Below are positions 10,401-21,103 of a stretch of 34,021 bases of DNA, piece after piece. The position numbers and the translations under genes were made by a program. Source of the stretch: Macrostomum lignano (Eukaryota); assembly GCA_002269645.1 (NCBI GenBank), contig NIVC01003247.1, positions 1-34,021 of the forward strand. The letters are read 5' to 3'. How positions within the stretch are numbered: position 1 is the stretch's first letter; every line of letters starts with the position of its first letter. The notes under the pieces are model-generated. The model did not search any database. It saw nothing but the letters and a program-made list of their open reading frames with translations, and was not told where the DNA came from.

Positions 10401-12886
10401 GCTAAAAGTGCAAATTTAGTTTGCAAATTAACAGAAGAATGAAGCCACCGTGGATAAAATAATTAAATTAACAAGTCGCAAACAATGGCTTCATCACAAC
10501 CAGGGGAACAGGCAATTCAGCAAGTGTAAAATTAGCATTATTCATATGAAAACAGAGAAATGCACGACAGGGTTGAAGAGTGGAGAGAAAGGAAAGAGTG
10601 GAAACCAATTGATTCTTAATTCAACTGCTGTAGACATGCAGTTGCAGTCTATTCTATATTTTTCTTTTTTGCTTACACAAGCCACTGCTATGCTCGCACT
10701 GTCTATGGGAACAAAAACCATGGGAAGAGACGAGGGGGAGTCAAGACTAACGCCTGGTGATATTAATCTTATTAAAATGATATCTAAACCTTGTACATTG
10801 CACACACAGTGCTGAGCATTTCTGGGCCAGCCTCCCAGATCCTCAGTTGCTGGGCCAGCCTCCCAGATCCTCAGTTGCTGGGCCAGCCTCCCAGATCCTC
10901 AGTTGCTGGGCCAGCCTCCCAGATCCTCAGTTGCTGGGCCAGCCTCCCAGATCCTCAGTTGCTGGGCCAGCCTCCCAGATCCTCAGTTGCTGGGCCAGCC
11001 TCCCAGAGTGTCAGTTGCTGGGCCAGCCTCCCAGATCCTGTTGCTGGGCCAGCCTCCCAGATCCTCAGTTGCTGGGCCAGCCTCCCAGATCCTCAGTTCA
11101 CAGATCCTCGCGCGTAAAGCCTTCATTCTCTCAGCCTTTTTAACGCTTCATGGGCTTTCCCCAAAGCCAAATTATGCACCAGTGTAGCCATATAATCTAT
11201 TTAATAAGCGCTTACTTTCTTCGATGCGAGCTGCAAACAGGATCTCCAGGCCTGTACTCGCAGCACACAATAGCCGTTGCATCCGCCGTGAAATTATTCT
11301 ATTTTTCTATTTTTCGCCTTTACGAATTTCTGCCATTCAGCTCGCAGTGAATTGAATAATGGCTTCCATGTAGCTTAAAGAATAACTGCGAGGATTCGGC
11401 AGCTATCTGCCCAGAAATGCGCGTTTCTTCTCTGCAGGCGGCGGCTTGTCTTTTTTGATTAGACTGCTACTGTCTGAATTGGCGATTCGTTAACATAAAC
11501 CATGGGAAGAGAGGAGGAGGGAGTCAAGACTAACGCCTGGTGATATTAATCGTTATTATAATAATATCAATAGACATTGTACATTGCACACACAGTGCTG
11601 GATCCAGATCTTTACTTGCTGGGGCAGCAATTTCTCGTAAAAGTGAAAAGCCTCGGGTCTTGCCGTTTGCCGGAAAAGGCACTGCTGCCCTGGTCCTGAT
11701 ACTAAATAAATATTATAAAATAATATTCGAAGGAGGGCTGCGGGCACCATGGCAACGCCTTCGGCGATATCGTCGCACTACCAACGCTGAATCAGTTCTG
11801 TCCACTCAGCTGGCTCCTGAGCACACACAAGTTCGCCAATACTGTACTCAGGCACAGCACTCATACACAGGCTCTCACAGGGTGTACATCGGCCCTTGTG
11901 ACTTCTGATCTTCAGGCGTGTGCACTCTCTGTGCCTTGGGGGCTTGGCCATCACGGGGGTGTGACTCGCACGAACAAAATGAATGTGTTTGCGCACGGAA
12001 TCTGCTCTGCCGCCCCCACCTTTCCCAACGCAAATTAAGCAACGGCAGGCGAGACCGCACGGTCTCAAAGTCGGTGACACAGTGCTGCGGCGCCGACTAA
12101 ATCCGCTCAAGGGCGAGACTCCGTTCGAGTGGGCACCCTGGCTGGTCGAGAAGGTCAAGGGCGACTCGATGACCATTCGGCAGGGCGCCAGAGTTTGCAG
12201 GCGGCACTGCACTGACCTGAAGCGGGTAGCGCCGGGTACTGAGCCCGATTTTCCTGTCGGGGAGCCCGCACCTCCGATCCTACAAGCTGCAGGGAGCGAA
12301 CCCGCGACCTCTCCAATTGCGCTGCGACCACACCCCCGAGAGGCCAAGGTGAGAGTGAACTATAGGGTTTAACTATAACTCGCGCTTGGCAGACTGACGC
12401 TAATATCTTTGGGTGCGCTTTGATTTTGCTTTTGCATCGCGAGCTTGCGAAAAGATTGTCACTCTCTGGCTAATGCACTATAATCAGTAACATTTTGTTG
12501 AATAATGTTTCTTTGCAATATTTATTTGTGGTATCTTTCATTTTTTAAAAAACCTTTTGCAGTTGCACTTTTAATCCGATATGAGGAGAGATGTAGTGTA
12601 CGCTCTGCGCGGTAATAATGTACGGCTGGCTTGGTCGATGAATTCGTAGCAATATTCTTATTACGCAATACTCTCGTGCCTATAAATATATTGAATTGAG
12701 CAGTCGGCTCAGTTAAGTACATCGTTTTTCTCTCGCCAAAACTAAATAGCTAGTCTGAGTCATTACAATCCCATCCCGATCCTAGCTAAAACTTTTTCCC
12801 ACACTCTACTCACGGGCAGGGAGAAGGCCTTCTTATTCCCGTCCAACAGTTGGACGTAGAAGTCCACCTCTCGGGTGGAGGCGGCG
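1401..12886 (-). CDS. FERM-domain (band 4.1/ERM superfamily) protein, spliced; 5' and 3' ends unresolved
   Basis: Exons (minus): 12886-12814, 6983-6879, 6799-6751, 5003-4901, 4308-4211, 3323-3209, 3038-2951, 2872-2778, 1467-1401. All are AG/GT-bounded with matching phases (793 nt, ~264 aa). The translation carries ordered FERM motifs: FYVQLLDGNKKAFSLP, KGQDLL..FFGLRYQD, QWVNVRK, LFLAIRFYPNDP, RLQVFLQTIQDIQSG, RLAALMLQSYHGDFD, AEYQFLSHVKWLEGYG, FFWPRIKK. Compare band 4.1 motifs VKFYPPDP, LQLRQDI, AWPKILKIS. Confidence 0.92.
1499..2724. repeat. 22-bp minisatellite (gcaatgcttgtgtttaagctag / ...aaccaag), ~55 copies, fills FERM intron 1468-2777
   Basis: Direct tandem copies; the first part alternates two variants as a ~45-bp dimer. 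Confidence 0.95.
3389..4110. repeat. 31-bp minisatellite (ctcacagctacatctagggggagatcctgaa), ~23 copies, FERM intron 3324-4210
   Basis: Period 31 seen directly (e.g. 3421 vs 3452). Confidence 0.95.
4460..4730. repeat. Decayed ~45-50-bp tandem repeat (caaggacatct... core)
   Basis: Recurring ggacatct/gccatct and ggact/ggatt motifs at irregular ~45-50 bp spacing. Confidence 0.55.
5933..6530. repeat. 33-bp minisatellite (gccttgcattgacccctgtctgtactaccccaa), ~18 copies, FERM intron 5004-6750
   Basis: Period 33; it produces the 11-aa repeat ORFs in the track. Confidence 0.95.
7135..9410. repeat. 41-bp minisatellite (atctatagccatcgcggatgaaggaatagaatggattgcta), ~55 copies, with 43-bp variants
   Basis: Direct tandem copies over 2.3 kb. 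Confidence 0.95.
9800..9899 (-). ncRNA. Spliced-leader (SL) RNA-like gene or pseudogene; leader 9899-9857 ending in ATG, followed by GT
   Basis: Minus strand reads CTGTAAAGACGGTCCCTTAATGCGAAGACTGAAATTGCTAATG|GTATTG. It matches the M. lignano SL as I recall it (..CCGTAAAGACGGTCTCTTACTGCGAAGACTCAATTTATTGCATG) at about 26/28 nt in the core. It ends in the terminal ATG typical of flatworm SLs, followed by a GT donor and two hairpins. No clear Sm site is visible. Confidence 0.65.
9900..10079 (+). repeat. 18-19-bp tandem array (tagcctagttatgggtgg), ~10 units, derived from the SINE 5' end/A-box
   Basis: Units grade into the SINE head (ggttgtggcctagtgatg -> ggggttgtagcctattgg). Confidence 0.85.
10080..10311 (+). 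mobile_element. tRNA-derived CORE-type SINE, copy 1 (internally deleted)
   Basis: A-box tagcctattgg and B-box ggttcgattccc. MIR-core-like segment gtccttgagcaagacact...cttcagttcacccagctgtaaaatggg. (att)n tail. Homologous to 27224-27535. TSD tct(t)tacag at 9891-9899 and 10311-10318 encloses the SINE plus the upstream array. Confidence 0.88.
10715..11600 (+). repeat. Local direct duplication, 10715-10814 ~ 11497-11600
   Basis: Both copies share aaaccatgggaagag...ggagtcaagactaacgcctggtgatattaatc...ttgtacattgcacacacagtgctg. Confidence 0.9.
10822..11108. repeat. 28-bp minisatellite (gctgggccagcctcccagatcctcagtt), ~10 copies
   Basis: Direct tandem copies. Confidence 0.95.
11790..11950 (-). repeat. 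Dispersed hairpin-containing element, copy A (homologous to 28109-28290 and 28509-28810)
   Basis: Minus strand gccaagcccccaaggcacagagagtgcacacgcctgaagatcagaagtcacaagggccgatgtacaccctgtg aligns with gccaaccctcaaggcacacagagtgtacatgcctggcgattagaaagtcaaagggccagtgtacaccctgtg at 28510. Confidence 0.8.
12030..12372 (+). mobile_element. Ty3/Gypsy LTR-retrotransposon integrase C-terminal fragment
   Basis: ORF 11983-12372 contains KQRQARPHGLKVGDTVLRRR..KGETPFEWAPWLVEKVKGDSMTIRQGARVCRRHCTDLK. This resembles the integrase C-terminal (GPY/F, SH3-like) module of K02A2.6-like Gypsy pol. No RT, RNase H or LTR is seen. Confidence 0.7.
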
Positions 12887-13802
12887 CTAAATATGCTGCA
12901 CATTGTGACTTCCGCTGCCGAGCAAGTTTACAAGCTTTTTTAATTGCGGCGCAGTAGCACCATAAATTAATAAGTTAACAAACAGATAAATCTAAAATTC
13001 TATAACAGATTCTTTTCTACAGATAATTCTAATAACTGGAAAGGTTCCAGTTAAAACAAATTCAAATTTGAAATGAATCAGAACCTATGGAAAGTCTCAG
13101 CTTAAAAAAGGCCAGCTTCAAGGCGACAACCACATTTGAATCATATTCAACGATAGTTAGATCACGGGAGATTGATGCCCGCAGTTTTATAGTTGAACAG
13201 GACAATGAACTGGTATGCCACAACAATGCTAACGGGATGCAGAAGTCACAGTCATCATATGTGAACTCTCGCTAATCTCTCACCATAAGATAGGACACAC
13301 AAGATTTATATTCTAATTAACATTTTTACTTTCTTGTAACAAAATTCAACGCCAATTAATGTAATTTAGGCGTGTCGGCTTGCTGCAATTGGTGATTACA
13401 GGCACTGAAACAGTCACGGGGCAAGAGGCTCTGGCCTGTAATAAGGCCAGACTTATGCCCAGTAGCACATGGACGCGACGTGGTCCATTCTTCTAATTAA
13501 CGGAGTCACGCAAAATAAGATAAGGGAGAAAGAGGAGGGCGAGTTGTCAGGAATGCCTCGTGATGAGGCATAATAATGCGGCTAGTTTGTCATTTTCATT
13601 GCAGTGGGAAAATTCCTGCTCGCATCCCCATAATCAGCAGAATTTTCCGAGATTGGCGGGGCTTCAGAGACAAAAAACACAGCATTGATTGAATGAGCAC
13701 AATGCACACTGCACTGTGAATGCGATAGCTTGAAGATGTCTAACTCTGGTTATTGAATTTTGTGAGACAATGAAATTTCTGGTATTCTATAGAAGATTAC
13801 TA

Positions 13803-14875
13803 TGCGGGCACAGTGTGTGGGCACAGTGAATAGGGTAATGCGCGGGTACAGTGTGTAGGGGAATGCGGGCACAGTGAATAGGGTAATGTGCGGGTACAGT
13901 GTGCAGGGGAATGCGGGTACAGTGTGTAGGGGAATGCGGGCACAGTATGCAGGGGAATGCGGGCACAGTGTGTAGGGGAATTCGGACACAGTGTGTAGGA
14001 GAATGCGGGCACAGTGTGCAGGGGAATGCGGACACAGTGTGCAGGGGAATTCGGACACAGTGTGTAGGGGAATGCGGGCACAGTGTGTAGGGGAATGCGG
14101 GCACAGTGCGTAGGGGAATTCGGACACAGTGTGTAGGGGAATGCGGACACAGTGTGCAGGGGAATGCGGGTACAGTGCGTAGGGGAATTCGGACACAGTG
14201 TGTAGGGGAATGCGGACACAGTGTGCAGGGGAATGCGGGTACAGTGCGTAGGGGAATTCGGACACAGTGTGTAGGGGAATGCGGACACAGTGTGCAGGGG
14301 AATGCGGGTACAGTGCGTAGGGGAATTCGGACACAGTGTGCAGGGGAATGCGGGTACAGTGTGCAGGGGAATGCGGGTACAGTGCGTAGGGGAATTCGGA
14401 CACAGTGTGTAGGGGAATGCGGACACAGTGTGCAGGGGAATGCGGGTACAGTGCGTAGGGGAATTCGGACACAGTGTGTAGGGGAATGCGGACACAGTGT
14501 GCAGGGGAATGCAGGTACAGTGCGTAGGGGAATTCGGACACAGTGTGCAGGGGAATTCGGACACAGTGTGCAGGGGAATTCGGGCACAGTGTGCAGGGGA
14601 ATTCGGGCACAGTGTGCAGGGAATTCGGCACAGTGTGCAGGGGAATTCGGACACAGTGTGCAGGGGAATTCGGGCACAGTGTGCAGGGGAATTCGGGTAC
14701 AGTGTGCAGGGGAATTCGGACACAGTGTGCAGGGGAATTCGGACACAGTGTGCAGGGGAATTCGGACACAGTGTGCAGGGGAATTCGGACAGTGTGCAGG
14801 GGAATTCGGACACAGTGTGCAGGGGAATGCGGGCACAGTGTGCAGGGGAATTCGGGCACAGTGTGTAGGGGAATG
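13803..14875. repeat. 23-bp minisatellite (cacagtgtgcaggggaattcgga), ~46 copies
   Basis: Direct tandem copies; source of the overlapping repeat ORFs. Confidence 0.95.
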
Positions 14876-15880
14876 TTTAATCCATGACACCAAAAGGGGA
14901 TCAATCCCGTTTTATTTATCACAATTTCGCCCACCCTCTATGACGCCGAAGAACTGATTTGTCTAAAACACGTTTTCTTGATCATTTTAATAGCAAGGGT
15001 CACAAATCATAAATATAAATACGTATTAGCTTGCAGCCGAAGCTACTACCTTTTATTTTCTGAAAAAAACAATGTAAAAAGATGAAACAAGGATAATCTG
15101 TGGTGAAGTTAACTGTTACATCATTTGCGATCTGCTAGTATAGCGGCCATGCCATCTGCTTCAGTTGTCCATGGCTTCAATCACTCCCAGTATCAAAAAG
15201 TTGTTATATTATTATAAGAACTAAAAGCTGCGTGATCAGCGTAACAAGGAAATATCTGCATGACGACACGACCAGGTTAAGGACGGTGTACAAAGCTGTG
15301 TGCGGTACAAACGACAATAGATAATTCATGATAGGTTGGAATTGGGGTTAAAAATTTTACGAATGGTGCAGTTAAGATTACAGAATAAGTGCGAGTAGGC
15401 GCTGAGGCCACCGAAAACATTTCTTTTCAGTCTCGAATGTGACACATGTAACTTCAAACGTGGCCTTTTTTTACTGTGACTGGGGTGAAAGCCTAATAAC
15501 GTACTAAAAATAGTCGTCTGTGGTCTAAAGTCACCAAAAGTGACATAAGTAAAGCAAAATGAGGCAGCAGTTTGATCAGCTCAGACAAGAGAACCAAGAT
15601 CTACAACACCAAGAGTCATCACGCGATGCCTTACACAAGAATTTTAGAGCTCGACTGTTCAGTTTACGTTCTGTTTAGTTTATTCTCTTTAGTGTTGAAG
15701 GTGCTCTCTGACATATACTGAGATTCTACTGAGATTCTATCAATAGACGCGATTGGCCACATTTGAAATCACTTGTGGCACATTCGGGTTGAATAGATTT
15801 AGTTACTCTCACGTAATAAAGTACTTGTCTGAAGCGAGAGCATAGACAGACATTCAGTTCAGTGCTAGTCTGTTTAACAT

Positions 15881-17186
15881 TCAAACGCGACTGATTGGCC
15901 GCAGCGCGATCGTCTCGCCATCGATGGCCGCCTGGCGCTGCTTGTAGGCGTCGCCGCCAGCCCGATTGCGACGTGCGGCAGCGGCGCAACGACGGCGACA
16001 GGCCGGCAGCTTGACCAATTCGTACAGGTCCTGCCGGAACCTGCTGTTCGATATGCAGTAAATAAAGATGTTAAGAAAGCTGTCTAACAAAGTAGCAAAT
16101 TTGGACATGCCGACGATGAGCGCGTCCAACTTTTTATTGCTAATCCGACCGTCCACTATCTTGCTGATGAACAGCGGAAACTCGAGCACTAGAAAGGTGA
16201 CGCATAGAATTATCACCAGTAGGTTGCCTCTGGTGCCCTGCTGACTGGATTGTCCTCCTCCTCCTCCTCCTCTGGCGCTGCTGCCGCGGCCCTGAGAAGC
16301 AGAGTAGGACGAAGCGTTCTTTCGCAAGGATTGTTGAAAGCGGCGATGCCGGCGCAGGCCCAGTATAATGCGGGCGCTGAAGTAGCAGACGACTAGAATT
16401 GGGCCGCCAGTTTGGAACAGCAGCAGCGCGCCAATCAGATAGATATTGTTGAAGGCGCTGTAGAATGGCTGGCGCATTCGCATGTCCAGCGAGTCTAACG
16501 AATACACACCGTCTGGGCGCTGCAGGCGACGCAGGTAAAATAGAAAAGCGCGGCATTGAAATTGCTAGCGAGGCAACAACTATGGCCGCTAGGATAGCGT
16601 GAACTCGGGACACGCTGGAGAATACTTTGACAGGTTTCATAGCGCGGCAGACGGCTTCAAAGCGGAATGTTGAGATTAGCACAACCAGCCAGTTGCGACC
16701 GATGTGAAAGCTGGTCTGGAGCACAATCAGCAGGTTGATCAACACGCAGAATACTATGCTAGAGTCTATGCCGGAGAACGACAGAGCCGAGCTAAACAGA
16801 CTGTACTCGGTGATGTGATACATAAGGAAAAAGAAGTGGAAAAGAATTTCCAGCAGTGACAGCGCTTTGAGCAGCAGTACAACTATGCACTGCACAGTTC
16901 CGCTCGAGACATCCTGCTTACTGAATACAGCGAATGACAGCGCATTGCTGACGATATTCAAGGCGTTGAATGCGCAGAAGGCGGTCGAGTACGGTCTCAA
17001 CGTGGCGGCAAAGTGGCAATTGCGCTGCTGGATAACGTCGCAGAAGTCAGCGGAGCCCAGGCACAGCAGGGAGTTGAGCGAGCTGGGAGCGAACAGCCAA
17101 GGATGGGTGGACTGAAGCTCGGACTGGTTGGCCGAGCACTGGCCAACGCTAGAGTTGCCAAGGCTGAAGTTGCCTATGCAAGGCAT
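15881..17186 (-). CDS. Intronless class A (rhodopsin-like) peptide-type GPCR, ~434 aa once a +1 frameshift at ~16537-16547 is corrected
   Basis: ATG at 17186. N-terminal sequons NFS/NSS/NQS. TM1 ..NIVSNALSFAVF, TM2 LLKALSLLE, TM3 NWLVVLISTFRFEAVC, TM4 ..ISMPRF. After the shift: TM5 FQTGGPILVVCYFSARII, TM6 CVTFLVLEFP, TM7 LDSFLNIFIYCISNSRFRQDL. The two track ORFs (16140-17186 and 15881-16507) are joined by removing 1 nt. Confidence 0.88.
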
Positions 17187-19956
17187 TTTGCTGGCTTATT
17201 GACCTGCTAGCTAGGAAGCTTTACAAATTATCTTGTTGTGTTTATCCTCTCTGACTTGCTGGCTCTTGACGTTCAAAAATTAGCCTTTATGAACCAATAG
17301 AATACCAAAGTATGACTGGATTTTACAAGGACGGAGGCCCTGATTGGCCAGAGTTTACAGCCAATGCGAACCATTCTAGCTGATCTTTTCTTTCAATTTT
17401 TCATCACATTGTTAACAAGAAGACACTCTAAATTTTATCTAGACCTTGCAACAAAGTAGGATAATAAGCTCTTCCCAGGCATTAATACATAAGCTCACAG
17501 ATATGAGCTTTAGCTGCTTCTACTGATGCCAGGGTTATTTGGCATCAAACATAAAATATTAGCAGAAACTCTGTCAACAGTTTGCCATTTTGAGCAATTC
17601 TAATTTTCACGCAGTTTTCCTAAGCTATCTACCGAAAGTAGTGTATTGAGAACAACATCTTTAAGCGAGGCTTATTAATTAGGAAATATACTATCATATG
17701 CGCCTAAGTCATAGTGCTCAAGCTGGTGCAGGTGCTGCTACTGATGCTGTAGGCATCCTACTGGTGGGGGACAGGAATGTATTATAGCTGTTGTTGCCTG
17801 TTGTCTGATATTGGTACCCCACATTTAGTTTGGCAGTGTGGCCTATGTTTTTGTCTAGATACTCCCTTATGACACTAATGCTTTGATATGAGCTGACAGG
17901 TAAGTTGCCACCTTTTAAAGTGCACAGTAAATTCTAGCTCAGTATTGACTTTTGAGTCACACAATGCAGAGTTAAGCTGGGTGAGAAGGGATTGGGAAGA
18001 GTAAAGGACAAAGATTGGATAGATTGAAGCTTCTGCCTGGTTTTTATTGTTTTTTTCAAGCATTTTTAATATCATAATTTGTTGGCCATGTGATTGACAC
18101 TAGTCAAGACACTGGGGAAAAGGTAGACTAGAAGTAAACATATCCAGATATGTTAGTTGCTAATGACTGAGTGCAATTGCTTGTTAAATTAGTTTATTTT
18201 AACAATCTTTGTATACTTTGTCTATAGAAATAGTTTGATGATTTTAAAATTTGGCCCTAGCCTAGTTCTAGCAAATATATAAGCCAAAAACTAACAATAT
18301 ATATGTAGCTTTAGTTGAGAGTTGGATTATTTAGAATGCACATATAATTATTTTATATGATCATAATTTTATACATGCAAAGTAAAAATAAAAACAATAG
18401 TTGTTATTGACTTGACTTATGCACCAATGAGCAGTAAGACTACATATTTACTTTATGCACAAATGGTACACAATCTTATCTAACTTAATTAGCTTTCCAT
18501 ACCATTGCTATTTATTTTCCATCTTAATTCATTTGCAATGATTATGCTATCATCTTTTTACAATATAATTATTATGTATAAAATTGATCTTGAGGCATTG
18601 AGCAAAAATTAAAATAGTATAACATATATTAAATCAATCTATATGCTTTCACTAAAAGTCAATAAAGTTTATTACTAAGCAACTTTATTACTAAAGAAAA
18701 AATGATATTGTACAAAACTAAAACATGTATAACTGCTAATTGACCCAACCAATATGGCTAGTATAAATTATAGCAAACCAGGGATAAATTATAAAATTGA
18801 TAATTTTGGATAGTTTTTAACAAATTTTGAGAAACAATTAAATATTTTTATTTTGTTTTTAGATACATTACATTTTCTTTTCAGATAGAAATAAGTTGCA
18901 TAACTAGCATAATTTTAGTTGAGACTTGAGGTAGCATATATATAAATGACTAAGTATATAAATGTATTCAATATATTAAATAGCAGATCATCTAAATAGC
19001 CTTAGTCTATGGTAATCATATAATTTCTTAACTTTACCCTAGCTTAATCATACTAAGACTTATTATCTCTATCTTTATATATTAGATGCCATGTTTTAAG
19101 AGTTAATGATTTAGAACCTAGTTAGAGTTATACCTATTAAATTTATATCCACTATACAAAAAATAAGTGATTAGTTCAGGTTGTACTTTATACATCAAGT
19201 GTGCAGAACAAAAAATTTACCAAGAAAGGCATACAGAACAATTGATTTTCTGCCAGAAGAGTATGCATATTGTTAGAATAAAATGTAGCAATACTGCCAA
19301 TAGTGATACTAGCACCAGTATTAATTTAATAATGAAGTTCTGCACATATGCCTATTTAATTTTTTTATTTTCTATGCTTTGAAGCATCCTTCTAGGCTTC
19401 TATATACACAATAATGGGAAAGAGATAAAGTAAAGAATTAACAGAAAACGTCAAGGACTATTCTACACTAGTATAGTATAGTATAGTCCTAATTGAGAAA
19501 ACGTGTGTGCCGAATGCAATTTAAACTAAATAAGATATGCCTTAAGTCTCATTGCAAGTAATTACTTCAAAAATAGTTTTTTAAGTTTTAATATTTTCTA
19601 GTTTCTTTTTTTCTGTCGCTTCTAAGTAACTGCTCGATAACCTAACTTTATTATAAACACTTTTGTTTAAAACTTTTAAAATACGTGTATCCAATTATTA
19701 TATGCGGATAATCTCTTATTTCGAAGAGAGGATTCTTTTCATAATTTTTTTGTATAAAAATGTCTCACAATAGATCGATTTCTTTTAGGATACATTTGTT
19801 CTTTTTCATTTTTGATACTTTTTACGATTTAATACGAGTAATATTTTGACATGGCCAAGGTCATAATAAATTTCCGAGTTGTCATGGTCAGCAGCCAACA
19901 TTTGTGGCTTCTTTACTCGAACGATTGCTGCACTGATCTCGCAGTCCTATTCCTAC

Positions 19957-20036
19957 CGCATTGGCTTGTAGCCAATAAGTTTCAAATACTGCACTGCAGG
20001 CTGCATCAGCGACAGGACAAAGACGACGCCGAAGTG
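19957..20036 (-). CDS. Candidate upstream exon of the FERM gene (HFGVVFVLSLMQPAVQYLKLIGYKPMR; ATG at 20006)
   Basis: Bounded by TAG and GTAGGA, coding-like codon usage, and a phase-2 donor that fits the phase-2 acceptor at 12886. No homology support. Confidence 0.35.
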
Positions 20037-21103
20037 CTATACGTCGGACATACATTAAGAACTGTAGCTGTTTGTATTAAGCTATATACACATTGTATAG
20101 GCTAGTTGCAAGATTTTAATTGGTTTGAACTCAGAAACAAGAGATTTACAGTGTAATTATTTAGTTGGCGTTTAAGGGGCTGCTTTCGCATTGGGATCCG
20201 ACAGAAACTGCAAGCGCTCTGTCAATTAACCGCCATCACTCTCGTACGAGTATATCTCGGACAACAAACTTCTCAGGGAATATTAAACAGACCGGTCCCT
20301 CGTGAACCTTTACCTGCCTGGTTCGTCTCAAGCTACTAGCTGATGCGCATATGTATGCGTGAGTGAAGGCAGCCAAATTTAATTACAAGCTGTCCGTCTT
20401 ACAACGATAAAATAATTATTGTAAATTGCGACGTTTGTCGATCACGCCAGTTATTAACAAACTGAAGCAAATTTCGAGGATTATTTTGGCACGCATCTAT
20501 TCCAAAGAAGTTTCTGTGATCGAAACCACTCTACAATAGCGCATTTTTTTCACGCAAACACTGTCCATCCATCCATGCACTGGTGGCCAGTGGAGTTGCG
20601 GCTTCCATACGAGTATCACTGCAAGCAAACGGCTGGTGGGCATTTCTGTATCAGCAGAGACAGAGAGGCAGCAAGGGGAATCGGTTCGGTATAATTGTCT
20701 ACCTTGGCCTGTCCCTGCGATTGCCGGCTCGGTATACCCAGCAAGGACGATCGGGAGCCACTGTATCGCGCGTCCCGCACTCGCAGCTTGTGCCCCTCCC
20801 CAGGGGCCAACTTGGCTGCTTCTGCGCGATTCGTAGCCGCCCAGGGGTCGAAGCCGGCCTGTTTAGAACGAATAGGGGCAGATAGCATAATACCCACTCT
20901 GCGCTGCCCTCGTGTCCCTGCGCGCAAGCGAATCCAACTGATCCCCAGCAGCACCCCGTCGCCCAGCGGGGAGCAGAGGGCAGTCAGATTTTCTTTAATC
21001 GAGTCCGTCGCAATTTCGAGAGCTCTCAAGGACCAGTCGGTAGGTCGGGCCGCGCGGTTGCCCCAGCACTTGGCTGAGGCGGACGGTGGCGGCTTCAGCG
21101 ACA

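Noticed and set aside
13750-14957. Cys/His-rich 280-390-aa ORFs resembling metal-binding proteins
   Set aside because: Translations of the 23-bp array in nearly all frames, with no unique domain or splice support.
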